From Polyangiaceae bacterium (GTDB taxonomy: Bacteria; Myxococcota_A; Polyangia; Polyangiales; Polyangiaceae), in assembly GCA_965222375.1 (NCBI GenBank), contig CBDCTZ010000011.1, forward strand, positions 544,001-608,000: a stretch of DNA of 64,000 nt. The letters are read 5' to 3'. Below the pieces are notes generated by a model. It had not been told where the DNA came from, ran no database searches, and was given only the letters and a program-made list of their open reading frames with translations. The stretch's first letter is position 1. Each line of letters starts with the position of its first letter. Shown here one piece after another: positions 17,169-28,553 of the stretch. The translations under genes and the position numbers were made by a program.

Positions 17169-18340
17169 TGCTAAACTCCGCGGCGATGTGGTTCCGGGGT
17201 TTGGCGGTGACGGGTCTGGGCGCGGCCATGGCATTCATGGCGTGCAGCTCCGACGAAGACGCGAAGACCGCCCCGGCCGCAGATTCCGGAGTGGGCGGCG
17301 GCAGCGGCGGTCTGGGCATTGCAGGCTCCGGTGGCGGTAAAGCCGGAGCCGCGGGCGCGGGTGGAACCGTCGCCACGGGCGGCAGTGCCGGCTCGCCGAG
17401 CGGCGGAGCCGGCGGCACGAATAGTGGCGGCGCGGCGGGCGCTGGTACGGGAGGCAGCGCCGGCGCGGGAACTGGTGGCGGAGCGGGTGCGGGAACCGGC
17501 GGCGCGTCCGCCAGCGTCACGTTGGTCGGCGCCGGCGACATTGCTAGTTGCGGTGCGCTCACGCTACTCGGCATCGATGGTCACCAGAACACTGCCGCCG
17601 TGATTCAGCAGTATCCGAGCACCACGCCGGTGTTCACTTCCGGAGACAACGCCTACCCGGATGGAACGGAGCTGAACTTCAGCCTTTGCTACGACATTTC
17701 CTGGGGTGCATTCAAATCCCGCACCTATCCGACTGCGGGCAACCACGACTACAACACCAAGGACGCTGAGCCCTACTTCAACTACTTTGGTTCCCGGGCG
17801 GGCCAAAAGGGCAAAGGCTACTACTCCTATGATCTTGGGGATTGGCACATCGTTGCCCTCAACAGCAACTGCGGAGACCTTGGACAGGCGTTCTGCGACG
17901 CGGCCTCCGCGCAGGTTGCATGGTTGAAGCAAGATCTCGCCGCGAACAAGAAGAAGTGCACTCTCGCGGTCTGGCACCATCCGGTGTTCACGTCCGACCA
18001 AGCTGCGGATAGCGCTTCGATGCGACCGATGTATCAGGTGCTATACGACGCGGGCGTCGATCTGGCCGTCGTTGGGCACTCGCATCATTACGAGCGTTTC
18101 CCAAAGCTGGACCCCATGGGCAAGCCCGATCCTGCTAAAGGAATTCGCCAATTGGTCGTGGGAACGGGGGGCGCCAAGTTGCGAAAGCCCGACCACCCGA
18201 CGCACCCGCAGAGCAAGCTCTTGGACTACTCCACCCACGGCATCATCGAGCTCAAGCTTCATTCAGCGGGCTATAGCTGGAAGTTCGTTCCCGTCGCAGG
18301 CAGCAGCTTCACGGACTCGGGCACGGAAGCCTGCCACTGA
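17168..18340 (+). CDS. Calcineurin-like metallophosphoesterase lipoprotein
   Basis: Lipobox FMAC; GDI, GDNAY, GNHDY, WHHP, GHSHHYER motifs. Confidence 0.9.
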   Translation: MLNSAAMWFRGLAVTGLGAAMAFMACSSDEDAKTAPAADSGVGGGSGGLGIAGSGGGKAGAAGAGGTVATGGSAGSPSGGAGGTNSGGAAGAGTGGSAGAGTGGGAGAGTGGASASVTLVGAGDIASCGALTLLGIDGHQNTAAVIQQYPSTTPVFTSGDNAYPDGTELNFSLCYDISWGAFKSRTYPTAGNHDYNTKDAEPYFNYFGSRAGQKGKGYYSYDLGDWHIVALNSNCGDLGQAFCDAASAQVAWLKQDLAANKKKCTLAVWHHPVFTSDQAADSASMRPMYQVLYDAGVDLAVVGHSHHYERFPKLDPMGKPDPAKGIRQLVVGTGGAKLRKPDHPTHPQSKLLDYSTHGIIELKLHSAGYSWKFVPVAGSSFTDSGTEACH

Positions 18341-18344
18341 CGGT

Positions 18345-19361
18345 TCAGCCGCCCAATTGGCGAGTCGACAGCACGGATACACGCACGCGCGGCGCTGAGC
18401 TCGCTCCGACGACCTTCGTGCCGAGAGTGGGCGATGGCGTCGGTCCGTCCATGATCGCGCGGGTGGATTCATCCCGCGCGACGTCCCGTGCCGAGCGCGA
18501 ACCTTGCCCCAGGGCCGCGCCGCGCTTGGTGCGCTCCGCACCCGCCCCAGGCTTGGCCTCCTGCCCGACCGCGACTTGAAGTCGCGTCAAGGTTCCCCGG
18601 CCGCTCCGCGTCTGGGGAAAACGTCGACCGCGCAGACTCGCCGCCATTCGACGCGCCACTCTGCCCCAAGCGCCAGCGTTGGAACCGAAACGGACGAGAG
18701 TCACTCCGGTGACCAGCCCTCGCGCGTCAGTGCGCACGTCGAAGACGGCGATCCCCCGTTTCGGACCCAGGGCCGATGCCGCTCGACTGGCCGCACTCGC
18801 AGCGGCTCCGGCTGGTCCGAGCCCCCGGCGCGCGTCCCGCTGTGCGAGCCCCTCTCGAAGCATGCCCACGGACGTGCGCGGCCGCCGCATGGTGTCTCGC
18901 CCGCGGGTTGAGAGCAGCAGGCTCGAGCGCGTCTTGCCACCAAGACCGAGGTCGACGGGAGGCCGGGTGGGCCGCACCAGCTCAGAAGTCGATGCTTCGG
19001 GTTCCATGCTCCCGGGGGCCGATCCCTTCGGAGTCGACGGCAGAGCGCTGCTGCTCTGGACCGTGCGCCGATGCGTGCTCGCGACGGCGTTGCCGGGCTG
19101 AGCCGCCTCCTCGCGTTGCCTGGGCGCAGCGGGCGCGGCGCTGCGATGCGGATGCAGCTTCGCTGCCGCGCGGGGCTGCCAGGTGGGAATCAATTCGATA
19201 GAGACATGGTGGTCGTCTGGCGTTGGGGTGCCGGGCGTGGGCGCTTCCGGCGCGCCAGCGCCGCGCACCGCTAGCAGCAGCCCCAAGTGCAGTACCGTCG
19301 CGACGACCGCAGCGATCCCGCCACGCCGCGTGTCGGCACTCGTGTTGGCCCGCCGCTCCAT
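18345..19361 (-). CDS. TonB-like single-TM hypothetical protein
   Basis: N-terminal TM with T.LH motif, Pro/Ala-rich linker, AVFDVRTDARG.VTGV C-terminal domain. Confidence 0.5.
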   Translation of the reverse strand: MERRANTSADTRRGGIAAVVATVLHLGLLLAVRGAGAPEAPTPGTPTPDDHHVSIELIPTWQPRAAAKLHPHRSAAPAAPRQREEAAQPGNAVASTHRRTVQSSSALPSTPKGSAPGSMEPEASTSELVRPTRPPVDLGLGGKTRSSLLLSTRGRDTMRRPRTSVGMLREGLAQRDARRGLGPAGAAASAASRAASALGPKRGIAVFDVRTDARGLVTGVTLVRFGSNAGAWGRVARRMAASLRGRRFPQTRSGRGTLTRLQVAVGQEAKPGAGAERTKRGAALGQGSRSARDVARDESTRAIMDGPTPSPTLGTKVVGASSAPRVRVSVLSTRQLGG

Positions 19362-19519
19362 GCTGGCCGGTATATCCCTTCAACCACGACGTTGCCAGTG
19401 CCCCGCGTGGGGCAGGGCGAGAGTAGTGTCCCAATGCCGCCGAGGGTCGCGACCCCCCCCAAAAAAAACAATGGAAGATAGAACCGGTCAGCGGACTTCG
19501 AGGCCGAGCGAAACGGCAC

Positions 19520-22500
19520 TCAGTTTCCGAGTACGTTGACGCTGCCCTGCGAAGTCGGCTGCTCGTTGTCGCCGATGGTCAGCAGGTTGCCGTAGCCCAG
19601 CTTGCCCGAGTCGCCGTTGCCCCAGCAGTACACGCGGTCCGACATCGGGGCGCAGGTGTGATTTGCGCCAGCTGAAAGCTCTAGCGGGAAGCCGCCGAGC
19701 GCGACGCCGTCCACCGATGCCGGGGACTCGTCGTCGCCGATGTGCACGTTGGTCCCGTAGCCAAGAGCCGCGGCCGGCGCGCCCCAGCAGCGAACCTCAC
19801 CACTGCTCAGTCTGGCGCAACTGTGTTCGCCACCCGCGGTGATGTCGACCGCGAGGCCACCGAGGCCGATGGGCGCGGCGGACACGGGCGTCTCATCGTC
19901 GCCCAGGGCAACCGTGTTGCCAGTGCCCAGCGCGCCGTACAGACCGAGCCCCCAGCAACGCACACTGCCATCGACCATCAATGCACAGGTGTGGTGGCCG
20001 CCAGCGGCGACCTTGGCGGCTGCACCGCCGAGCTGGACGTTGCCCGCGGCTGCGGGGTGTTCGTTGTCGCCGATGTTCTGCTTGTTGCCGTAGCCGAGTT
20101 GGCCATACAACCCGATCCCCCAGCAGCGCACGTTGCCATCGGCCATGAGTGCACAAGTGTGGAAGCGACCAGCACTGACCTGAGCGGCTGCGCCGCCGAG
20201 GTTCAAACTTCCGTAGGACGCTGGAGTTTCGTTGTCGCCGACGTTCTGGGTATTGGCGTAGCCCAGCCGACCGCCTTCACCGAGTCCCCAACAGCGGACC
20301 ATTCCGGAGCCGAGCAGCGCACAGGTGTGGTTCTGGCCAGCGTCGATCTCGATCACCGTGCCGCCCACAGTCACGTCGCCTGCGCTGGCTGGGTGCTCGT
20401 TGTCCCCGATGTTGTTGGTGGCGGCATAGCCGAGTTGGCCAAACCCTGCCGCTCCCCAACAGCGCACGGAGCCACTGGCCAGCAGCGCGCAGCTGTGGTG
20501 CTCGCCTGTGGTCAGCGCCACGGCGGCCGCGCCGAGGTTGACGCTGCCCGCCGTGAATGGAGCCTCGTTGTCGCCGATATTCAAGCTGTTGGCGTAGCCG
20601 AGTTGGCCGTGGCCACCCATGCCCCAGCAACGCACGGCACCAGAGTTGAGTCGAGCGCAGCTGTGCTGCCCACCCGCTTTGACCTCGACCACATAGCTGC
20701 TCATGGGCGTGCAGACCTGTCCGTTGCCCGTGTAGCCAACATTGCAGCCGCAGGCGTAGTCGCCATAGCCGTTGAGGCAAGTGGCGTTGGCGCTGCAATC
20801 GTCGGATTGAGCAGCACACTCGTCGACGTCCGCGCAGCTGATGCCGTCGCCGCCAAAACCTGCCCGGCAACTGCAGCTGTAGCTGCCGGCGGTATTGAGA
20901 CAGTCCGCCTCTTGGTGGCAGCTGTCTGTACCCTGAGTGCATTCGTCGACGTCGGTGCAGGTGTGCCCGCTGCCTTGATAGCCCGGCATGCACTCGCAGA
21001 TGTAACCATTCGGGAGATCCGTGCAGGTGGCGTTCAAGTCACAGCCGGCCATTCCGAGGGCGCATTCGTCCAATCCGGATACAGAGAGCGGTGTGCCTCC
21101 GATTGGGGTCTCGTCGTCCCCGATGTCGGTGGTGTTGCCCGCCCCGAGCTGGCCGAACTCGGCGTTGCCCCAACACAACACGGAGCCGTTCGAGAGCAGT
21201 GCGCAGGTGTGAGTCGAACCCGCGGCTACGTGACTGGCCGACTGTCCGAGCTGCACGTCGCCGGCGCTTGCGGGGTGCTCGTCATCACCGATGTTGTCTG
21301 TGTTGGCGTAGCCGAGTCGCCCCGAGTCGCCGTAGCCCCAGCAGCGCACAGCGCCGGTATTCAGCCGCGCGCAGGTGTGGAACAGGCCCGCCGTGATTTG
21401 CGCCGCCGAAGCGCCGAGCTGGATGTCGCCGGCGCTTTGGGGGTGCTCGTTGTCGCCGAGGTCTTCCTGGCTTGCGTAGCCGAGTTGGCCGACTGCGCCG
21501 TAGCCCCAGCAGCGCACCGCGCCGGTATTCAGTCGCGCGCAGGTATGGAACCAGCCCGTAGCAATTTCCGCGGCCGCAGCGCCGAGCTGCACGTCTCCGG
21601 CACTGGCCGGATGCTCGTCGTCGCCGATGTTGTCCAGGTGCGCGTAGCCCAGGGGCGCCCACATCCCGCGGCCCCAACAGCGCACGGCGCCCGTATTGAG
21701 GCGTGCGCAGGTGTGATCCCGGCCGGCGGCGATCTCGACGGCGACGCCGCCGACGTTCACGTCTCCAGCGCTCTTGGGTGTCTCGTCGTCGCCAATATCA
21801 TTGGTGTTCGCGTAGCCGAGTTGGCCATCCACCCCGAGGCCCCAGCAACGCACTTTGCCTCCGCCGAGCAGCGCGCAGGTGTGTTCGCCGCCCGCGGCAA
21901 GTTGCAGGACGCTGCCACCGATGTCGACATAGCCACTCGGCGTCTCGTCGTCGCCGATGTCGTCCTTGTGACCCATGCCCAGCTGACCGTGACCGTTGCG
22001 CCCCCAGCAGCGCACCTGCCCGCTCTGCAGCAGCACGCAGGTATGAGCCGCGCCCACTGCGAGCTGAGACACTGCGCCTCCAGTGTTCGCGATGCCCATC
22101 GAATCTGCGCTCTCGTTATCGCCGATATCGTCCGCGTGCCCGTAGCCGAGTTGGCCGAAGTTGTTGCGCCCCCAGCAGCGCACGCCGCCCGTATCGAGCA
22201 GGGCGCAAGTGTGATCGCCGCTGGTGTCGATCGCCACTACCGCGGTTGGAGGCAGCAAGCAGGTGCGACCGTCACCCGAATAGTCCGCGTTACAAGCGCA
22301 ATAGTAGCTGCCAACGGTGTTGGTACAGGTTGCGTTGGGGGAACAGTCGTCGGTGTTCGCCGCGCATTCGTCCGTGTCGGAGCAGCTGACGCCATTGCCT
22401 TCGTAGCCCGGGTTGCAGGCGCAACTGAAGGAACCCGGCGTGTTGGTGCAGGTCGCGTTGTCGCTGCAATTGTCGATGTTCAGGGCGCATTCGTCTTGGT

Positions 22501-25500
22501 CGCAACTGACACCGTTGCCGTCGTAGCCCGGGTCGCAGGCGCAGCTGAAGGAGCCCGGCGTGTTGGTGCAGGTGGCATTGACGTCGCAGTTGTCCAAGTT
22601 CTGGCCGCATTCGTCGACATCCGTGCAGATGAACCCGTCTCCATTGAACCCAGGGTTGCACGCACAAGTGAAGCTCGTGGCCGTGTTCGTGCACGTTGCG
22701 TTCGGATCGCAGGATGTCGGCGTGCATTGGGTGTCACTACTGCACACCACGCCGTTGCCCGTGAAGCCTGCGTTGCAAGTGCATGTGAATGAACCGGGCG
22801 TGTTGGTGCACGTTGCGTTCTCGGTGCAGTTGTCGAGATTGAGCGCGCACTCGTCCACCTCTGTGCAAGTAGTGCCGTCGCCGCTATACCCGGATGGGCA
22901 GCTGCACTCGAAACTGCCGGGAGTGTTGCTGCAAACGGCCAGGGGTGCGCAGTTGTCGAGGCTCAGCGCGCATTCGTCGATATCCGTGCAGGTCTTGCCG
23001 TTGCCCGTGAAGCCGGGGTTGCAGGAGCAGCTGAACCCGCCAACCAGGTTCGTGCAGCTAGCGTTGACATCGCAGTCGTCGCTGCCCTGCGCGCACTCGT
23101 CGATATCGGTGCAGGATTTTCCATCACCTTCGGTGCCCGAGGGGCAGCTGCACTCGAAGCTTCCCAGGGTGTTTTTGCAGATGGCATTTTGCGCGCAGTC
23201 GTTGCTGCCGTCTTTGCACTCGTCGACGTCGGTGCAGGTGGTGCCATCGCCCTGATAGCCAGGCTTGCAGGTGCAACTGAATCCGCCGGACTCGTCGGTG
23301 CAGAAGGCGTTTTCGTCGCAGCCGTGTGTGCCTTCCTCGCATTCGTTGATCTCGGTGCACATCTCACCGTCGCCGCGGTAGCCGACCTTGCAGGCACAGG
23401 TGTAGCCGCCATGAGTGTTGGTGCAGTTCGCGTGCACGTTGCAGGTATGCTTGCCGGTCGTGCATTCATCCGCGTCCTGGCACTCCTTGCCGTCGCCCTC
23501 AAAGCCGTCCTTGCAACTGCAGTGATAAGCGCCTGGTGTGTTTTCGCAGTTGGAGTTCATGCCGCAGTCATTGGGGCCGTCCTTCTTGCATTCGTCGATG
23601 TCCGTTCAAGTCTTGCCGTCGCCCTCCCAGCCTGAGTGGCACTCGCAGGTGAATCCACCAACGGTGTTGGTGCAGTCTGCGTTCACAGAGCAGTCATGGG
23701 TGCCCGCGGCGCATTCGTCGGTGTCAGTGCAGGTCTTGCCGTTCCCTTTGTAGCCGGAGTTGCACAGACAGTCGTAGCTGCCGGGGGTGTTTTGGCACTG
23801 CGCGTTCGGATCACAGGTGTAGGAGCCTAGGGCGCACTCATCGATGTCGGTGCAGGTCTTGCCATCGCCTTGGTAGCCCTCGTTGCAGGCGCAACCGTAG
23901 CTCCCCGGCGTATTCACGCAGCTGGCGTTGGGATCACAAGTGTACGCGCCGTTGGCGCATTCGTCGTAGTCAGTGCAGTGCTCGCCACTGCCGACATAGC
24001 CCAGGTTGCAGTCGCAGCCGTAGCCGCCGATGGTGTTGGTGCAGGTCGCGTTGGGGTCACACGTGTCGGTTCCAAGCGCGCATTCGTCGACATCGGTACA
24101 AGTGATGCCGTCCCCGGTGTAGCCCTCGTTGCAAGCGCAGCTGTAACTTCCCGGAGTGTTGACGCAGTGGGAGATCGGACCGCAGCTGTAGGCGCCGATG
24201 GCACATTCGTCGATGTCGGTGCAGGTCTTGCCGTCGCCCTCGTAGCCGGCGGTGCAGTTGCAGTCGTAGCTGCCCACGGTGTTCTTGCAAGTGGCGTTAT
24301 CGCTACAGCTGTCCGTGCCCATCGCGCATTCGTCCACATCCGTGCAGGTCTTGCCGTCTCCGGCGTAGCCCGGCTTGCACTCGCAGATGCGGCTGCCCAC
24401 CGTGTTCGTGCAGATCGCGTTGGCGTCGCAGTCGTTCAGACTCGGCATGCATTCGTCGACGTCATTGCAAAAGAAGCCGTCGCCGACGAATCCCGGGTTG
24501 CAGTTGCAGAAGTAGCTGCCTGAGACGCTCTTGCAGGTCGCGTTGACGTCGCAGGCGTTGAGAGTTGGCTTGCATTCGTCTCCAACGTTCTTGCAGCCGT
24601 CGAGGCCAGTGCCAGCGCACTCACAGTCATAGCCGCCGTTCTTGTTCTTGCATTCGCTGCCAGGAAAGCAGGCGTCGAGAGAAAGTGCGCATTCGTCAAC
24701 ATCGAGGCAGGTCTTTCCATCGCCATCGAATCCGTAGTTGCAGCTGCAGCTGAAGGCGCCGGCATTGTTTTCGCAGGTCGCGTTTCCGTCGCAGTCGGCA
24801 CTGCCGTCCGCGCATTCGTCAATATCCGCGCAGCTATAGCCGTCGCCGTCGTAACCCGTGGGGCAGCTGCATTCGACGCCTTCGGCGCCATCGGTGCAGG
24901 TGGCCAGGGGATCGCAGGGACTATCACTGCAGGACATCTGGGGGCTGCAGCTGGAAGCACCGCCTCCGCAATTGCACGCCTCGCCGACGCAGTTCGTTTC
25001 GCCCGTGAGCAGCCGCTCGACGTTCAGACGCCCCCCTGCGGCCACCTTGCCCTTGAAAGCCGGGACTAGATCGGCTGTTTGAATGATCCGGGTCTTGATG
25101 GCGGAGGGAGCGTCATTGGGATGCAGGGAGGCAAACAGTGCTACAGCACCGGTCACGTGAGGCGCCGCCATCGAGGTGCCGCTGGCTTCCACGTAGCCGC
25201 CGCCCGGGGAGGTGCTCAGGATCCCGCTGCCGGGCGCGGCGACGTGCACGCTCTGAGCGCCATAGTTGCTGAAGCTGGCGAGATGATCTGTGGGCTCCGA
25301 AGCTGCTACCGCAATGACGTTTGGTTCGTCGTAGGACGACGGGTAGTGGGGAGTTGCATCGTTGTTGGATGAATCATTGCCAGCTGCCGCGACCAATACT
25401 CCGCCCGCGGCGTCGAGAGCTCGGATTGCAGCCAGCTCGTAGCTGAGGGCCGGGTGATAGCCTCCCAGGCTCGCGTTGGCGCTCTTGACGCCGAGTTTGG

Positions 25501-26326
25501 CGGCGTAGAGCAGGCCTTCGGCCAAGTGGGTCGTCAAGCATGAGGAGGTGCCGCATACCTTCACTGGCACGATGGAAACCTTCCAGTTGACCCCAACGAC
25601 GCCCAGCCCGTTGTTGCCCTTCGCGCCTACGGTCCCCGCTACGTGCGTGCCGTGGCCGTGGTCATCGGTCGGGTCCGCGTCACGATTGGCGAAATCCCAG
25701 CCACGAGTATCATCGACCAGCCCGTTGCCGTCGTCGTCGAGCCCATTGTCGGCGAGTTCGCTTTCGTTGCGCCATAGGTTGGCTTGGAGGTCGGGGTGCT
25801 CCAGGTCCACACCGCTGTCCAGAATCGCCACCCGGGTCTGCAGGTTTCCGGTGCCGTGGGTCCAGGCAGCTTGTGTAGACGTGGCGGCGAGGCCCCAAAG
25901 TTCACTGAGCCGTGGGTCGTTGGTGCTGGCCGAAAGCTTCAACACGTAATTCGGCTCGGCGCTTTCCACGACCCCCGCTTTGAGCAGGGCGGCAGAGGCA
26001 GCAGCTGGTGTCAGATGCGCAGGTAGTCGCAGCCGGATGTAGCCAAGTTGGCGCAGCAAGCTCTGCTCGGGTAGCTCCTCGGCATTGATCTGCGCCAGCG
26101 CACTGTGAAATGCCGCATCGCTGCTGCTGGTAGCTTTCTTGACTACGATTTCGTGGGCGCGGAAGGTCGCGCCATCGCTATCCACGGCCGTCTCTTCGTC
26201 GTATGCCGTCATGGTCGCGGCTGGCTTGGGTTGCTCATCCCCACAGCCAACCAGCAGCGACAGACACAGGGCTGGCAAGAGCAGTTTGCTGCAGCAACGT
26301 GAAAGTCTCGGCAGCTTTAGGCTCAC
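19520..26326 (-). CDS. Giant lipoprotein: subtilisin S8 protease + ~25 EGF-like repeats + two 7-repeat RCC1/BLIP-II propellers; one in-frame TGA at 23606-23608
   Basis: AGGAGG RBS, lipobox [26 protein letters not shown] triad, D[IV]DEC repeats, 14 V.CWG repeats; ORFs 23606..26326 and 19520..23560 share one frame. Confidence 0.88.
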
Positions 26327-26374
26327 GGCGGGACCTCCTGGTCGGATGGAGTGAGCCCGAAGGGGTCCCGATGG

Positions 26375-26466
26375 TCTCGGCGGCCCTCCAAGCCTTAGGC
26401 GCGAGGCGCCCTTAGGCCGATGGCTTTGCGCGCGCAGCTTTCGTCTGCGTTTGCCCTTGTCGAAGA
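26375..26466 (-). ncRNA. Cyclic di-GMP-I (GEMM-I) riboswitch
   Basis: Minus strand UUCGACAAGGGCAAACGCAGACGAAAGCUGCGCGCGCAAAGCCAUCGGCCUAAG...CCUAAGG...GCCGCCGAG shows the GGGCAAAC / GAAA tetraloop / CGCAAAGCC..CGGCCUAA pattern; ~50 nt upstream of the S8 gene. Confidence 0.85.
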
Positions 26467-26668
26467 TCCAACTGACTCAGTTCTCTGACCGGACGCTGGC
26501 GACGACCCTTGAGGGCATTTTCCGAGTAGACACCGAACGAGGCGTCCGGAGGCACTAGGGCCCGGAAATCACGTGCCGCGCGCCCAGATACCGGGGCGGC
26601 AGCCCAGGCCAGCGCCTCGTTGCTTCCATAAGAATGATCGCGATGGGTCGTTGCGCTGAGCAGAACGA

Positions 26669-27082
26669 CTAGCGCCACTTGGGCCGGGGCCGACGCAGCG
26701 GTTTCGGGGCAAATCGCTGCTTCCAGTCGCCGACCGCGAGGCGTTTCCTGCCAACGACCCGGTCCCAGGGCATCACGAAGGCCTCCGCTTCGGTGCCATC
26801 GTGGGTTGTGATCTGCGTGCGCTCGAAAAGCACTGGGACTTCCTTGCGAACGTCAATGGCGCGCAGTGTTTCGCGGTCCACCTCCCACAGCTCGCCGACG
26901 ACTTCCTTGTCCCCTCCGGTGATCATGGCGCCGTAAGGCCCCAGATCCACCAAGCGAAACCCCGGCTGCGTCGTGGTTTTTTGCAGCAACGTGGCGCGAT
27001 GCATCAAGTCGTGGTCCCGCTCACCCCGCAGCAGCGAGCTGTAGGCGAACAGTACGACCACGTCTTGCTTTGCCTGGGACAT
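26669..27082 (-). CDS. Gamma-glutamylcyclotransferase (AIG2/YtfP-like)
   Basis: LFAYSSLLRGE..H, LVDLGPYGAM, VVGELWEVD. Confidence 0.85.
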   Translation of the reverse strand: MSQAKQDVVVLFAYSSLLRGERDHDLMHRATLLQKTTTQPGFRLVDLGPYGAMITGGDKEVVGELWEVDRETLRAIDVRKEVPVLFERTQITTHDGTEAEAFVMPWDRVVGRKRLAVGDWKQRFAPKPLRRPRPKWR

Positions 27083-27217
27083 TTTCACCTCGAACAATGA
27101 AAGCCAGGCCTCACCGGCTACGCATGCGTTGCGACCCGGGACACCCTCTGCGTCGACAGTAACAGCTTGTCGTGTCCGAGGCGATGCCCGATCACGGCGC
27201 TCAAAGCCGTGAACCCG

Positions 27218-27745
27218 TCACTCGCGCGTAGCAGGGCGCACGAACCGGCGACGGATTCGATCCAGCTGGCGAAAGCAAAGCGCCCAGGCTTCGTGAAGGC
27301 CGGGCAAGTACAAGGAGGGATGAGCCTTGAGCCGCGCGACCCATGGGTCCGGAAGCCCATGCAGCTGCGCGGCATCCACCAGCACCCCGAGGTAGCGGCG
27401 CGATGGCAACGACTCCTTGCCGGCACCATTGGTGACGAAGGTACGGGCGGTCCGCTTGCCGCCGTCGAACTCTACCTCCACCCCGACCTCGCGATAGTGG
27501 TGCCCTTCGAAGCGGCCTAGGCTGTTGAGCGCATGGTCGCTCAATTCGAAGACGACGCCCCATACGTCGTCGCCCTCGGCGCAGGAAACGCTGGCAAAGG
27601 CGGGCTCCAATAGGGGTATCGCTGGATTGTCGAAGACCAGGCGATAGCCCCGTAGCCTGCCCGGCCAGGAGGCGGCCACCTCGATGCCGCGCCGCCGCAG
27701 GGTGGCCGGATGCATGTTCGCTCCGAAAGCGAAGTACAGCGCCAT
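27218..27745 (-). CDS. Gamma-glutamylcyclotransferase (GGCT-like)
   Basis: YFAFGANM, L.GYRLVF, VWGVVFEL....L..FEG..Y, PSRRYL.VL...A..HGLP; ATG overlaps upstream TGA. Confidence 0.85.
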   Translation of the reverse strand: MALYFAFGANMHPATLRRRGIEVAASWPGRLRGYRLVFDNPAIPLLEPAFASVSCAEGDDVWGVVFELSDHALNSLGRFEGHHYREVGVEVEFDGGKRTARTFVTNGAGKESLPSRRYLGVLVDAAQLHGLPDPWVARLKAHPSLYLPGLHEAWALCFRQLDRIRRRFVRPATRE

Positions 27746-28110
27746 CACTCCAAGAGCTGCTTCAGGTCGCCGCTCTCGATGAGCTTCATGATCTCCGCAG
27801 CCCCGCCGACAAAAGTGCCCTTCACGAAAATCATCGGGAAGGTCGGCCATCCGGTCCACATCTTCAGGGCACTTCGGCGCCGCCATTGTCCAAGGTAGCT
27901 TCCGTATTCGAGGTACTTGAACTCCACCCCTGCGTCTCGCAGCGCAGCGCGTGCCTTCTTGGGATACGGGTTCTGCTTCATACCAACCACGACGACGTCG
28001 TTGTCGCGGGTCGCCTGCTGGACCTCCGCAACAATCTCGCGATGGTAGTCAGCCACTCGCTGTGCAATAGCGGGGTGGATCTCAGTTTCGGAAAGAACGC
28101 TTCGGGGCAT
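27745..28110 (-). CDS. Glutaredoxin-like protein without cysteine
   Basis: WPTFPMIFVKG.FVGG typical of monothiol Grx; QNPY at the active-site position. Confidence 0.85.
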   Translation of the reverse strand: MPRSVLSETEIHPAIAQRVADYHREIVAEVQQATRDNDVVVVGMKQNPYPKKARAALRDAGVEFKYLEYGSYLGQWRRRSALKMWTGWPTFPMIFVKGTFVGGAAEIMKLIESGDLKQLLE

Positions 28111-28159
28111 GTCGCTTTCTTGTGTACTGATTGGGACCAGCGCAAGGGGCAAGGGGGAA

Positions 28160-28543
28160 CTATCCCACGCGCTCCAGAAGCGCTTCCAGAACCACGGGCA
28201 TCAGATCCGCGCGACTGACCAAGCCTACGAGCTTGCCCTTTTCATGCACCAGAATGCGGCGGAAGTTGTTGGTCATTAGGATGTCGAAGACCTCCACGAG
28301 TTCGTCCTCGACGCTGACCGTCTCCGGGTCCTTGGTCATCAGGGCATCGACGGTCTTCGCGTCTTCATAGAAGGCCTTCAGCAGGTCCTTTTCCGAGAGC
28401 ACGCCTTGTATCCGTCCGCTTTCGTCGACGACGGGCAGGCCAGTAATCCCTCGATCGATAAGCAGCTGCACCGCTTCCCGCAAGGGCGTGCTGGGCTGCA
28501 CTGTCACGACGTCCTTCGTCATTATCCCTCGAATGGTCGTCAT
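28160..28543 (-). CDS. CBS-domain pair protein
   Basis: IMT.DVVTV...., ITGLPVVD..G...GVLSEKDL, GKLVGLVSRADL. Confidence 0.9.
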   Translation of the reverse strand: MTTIRGIMTKDVVTVQPSTPLREAVQLLIDRGITGLPVVDESGRIQGVLSEKDLLKAFYEDAKTVDALMTKDPETVSVEDELVEVFDILMTNNFRRILVHEKGKLVGLVSRADLMPVVLEALLERVG

Positions 28544-28553
28544 GGCCTGCTCC

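Noticed and set aside
19742..22792. 1016-aa plus-strand ORF
   Set aside because: Antisense shadow of the repetitive EGF/RCC1 gene; high-GC artefact with no motifs
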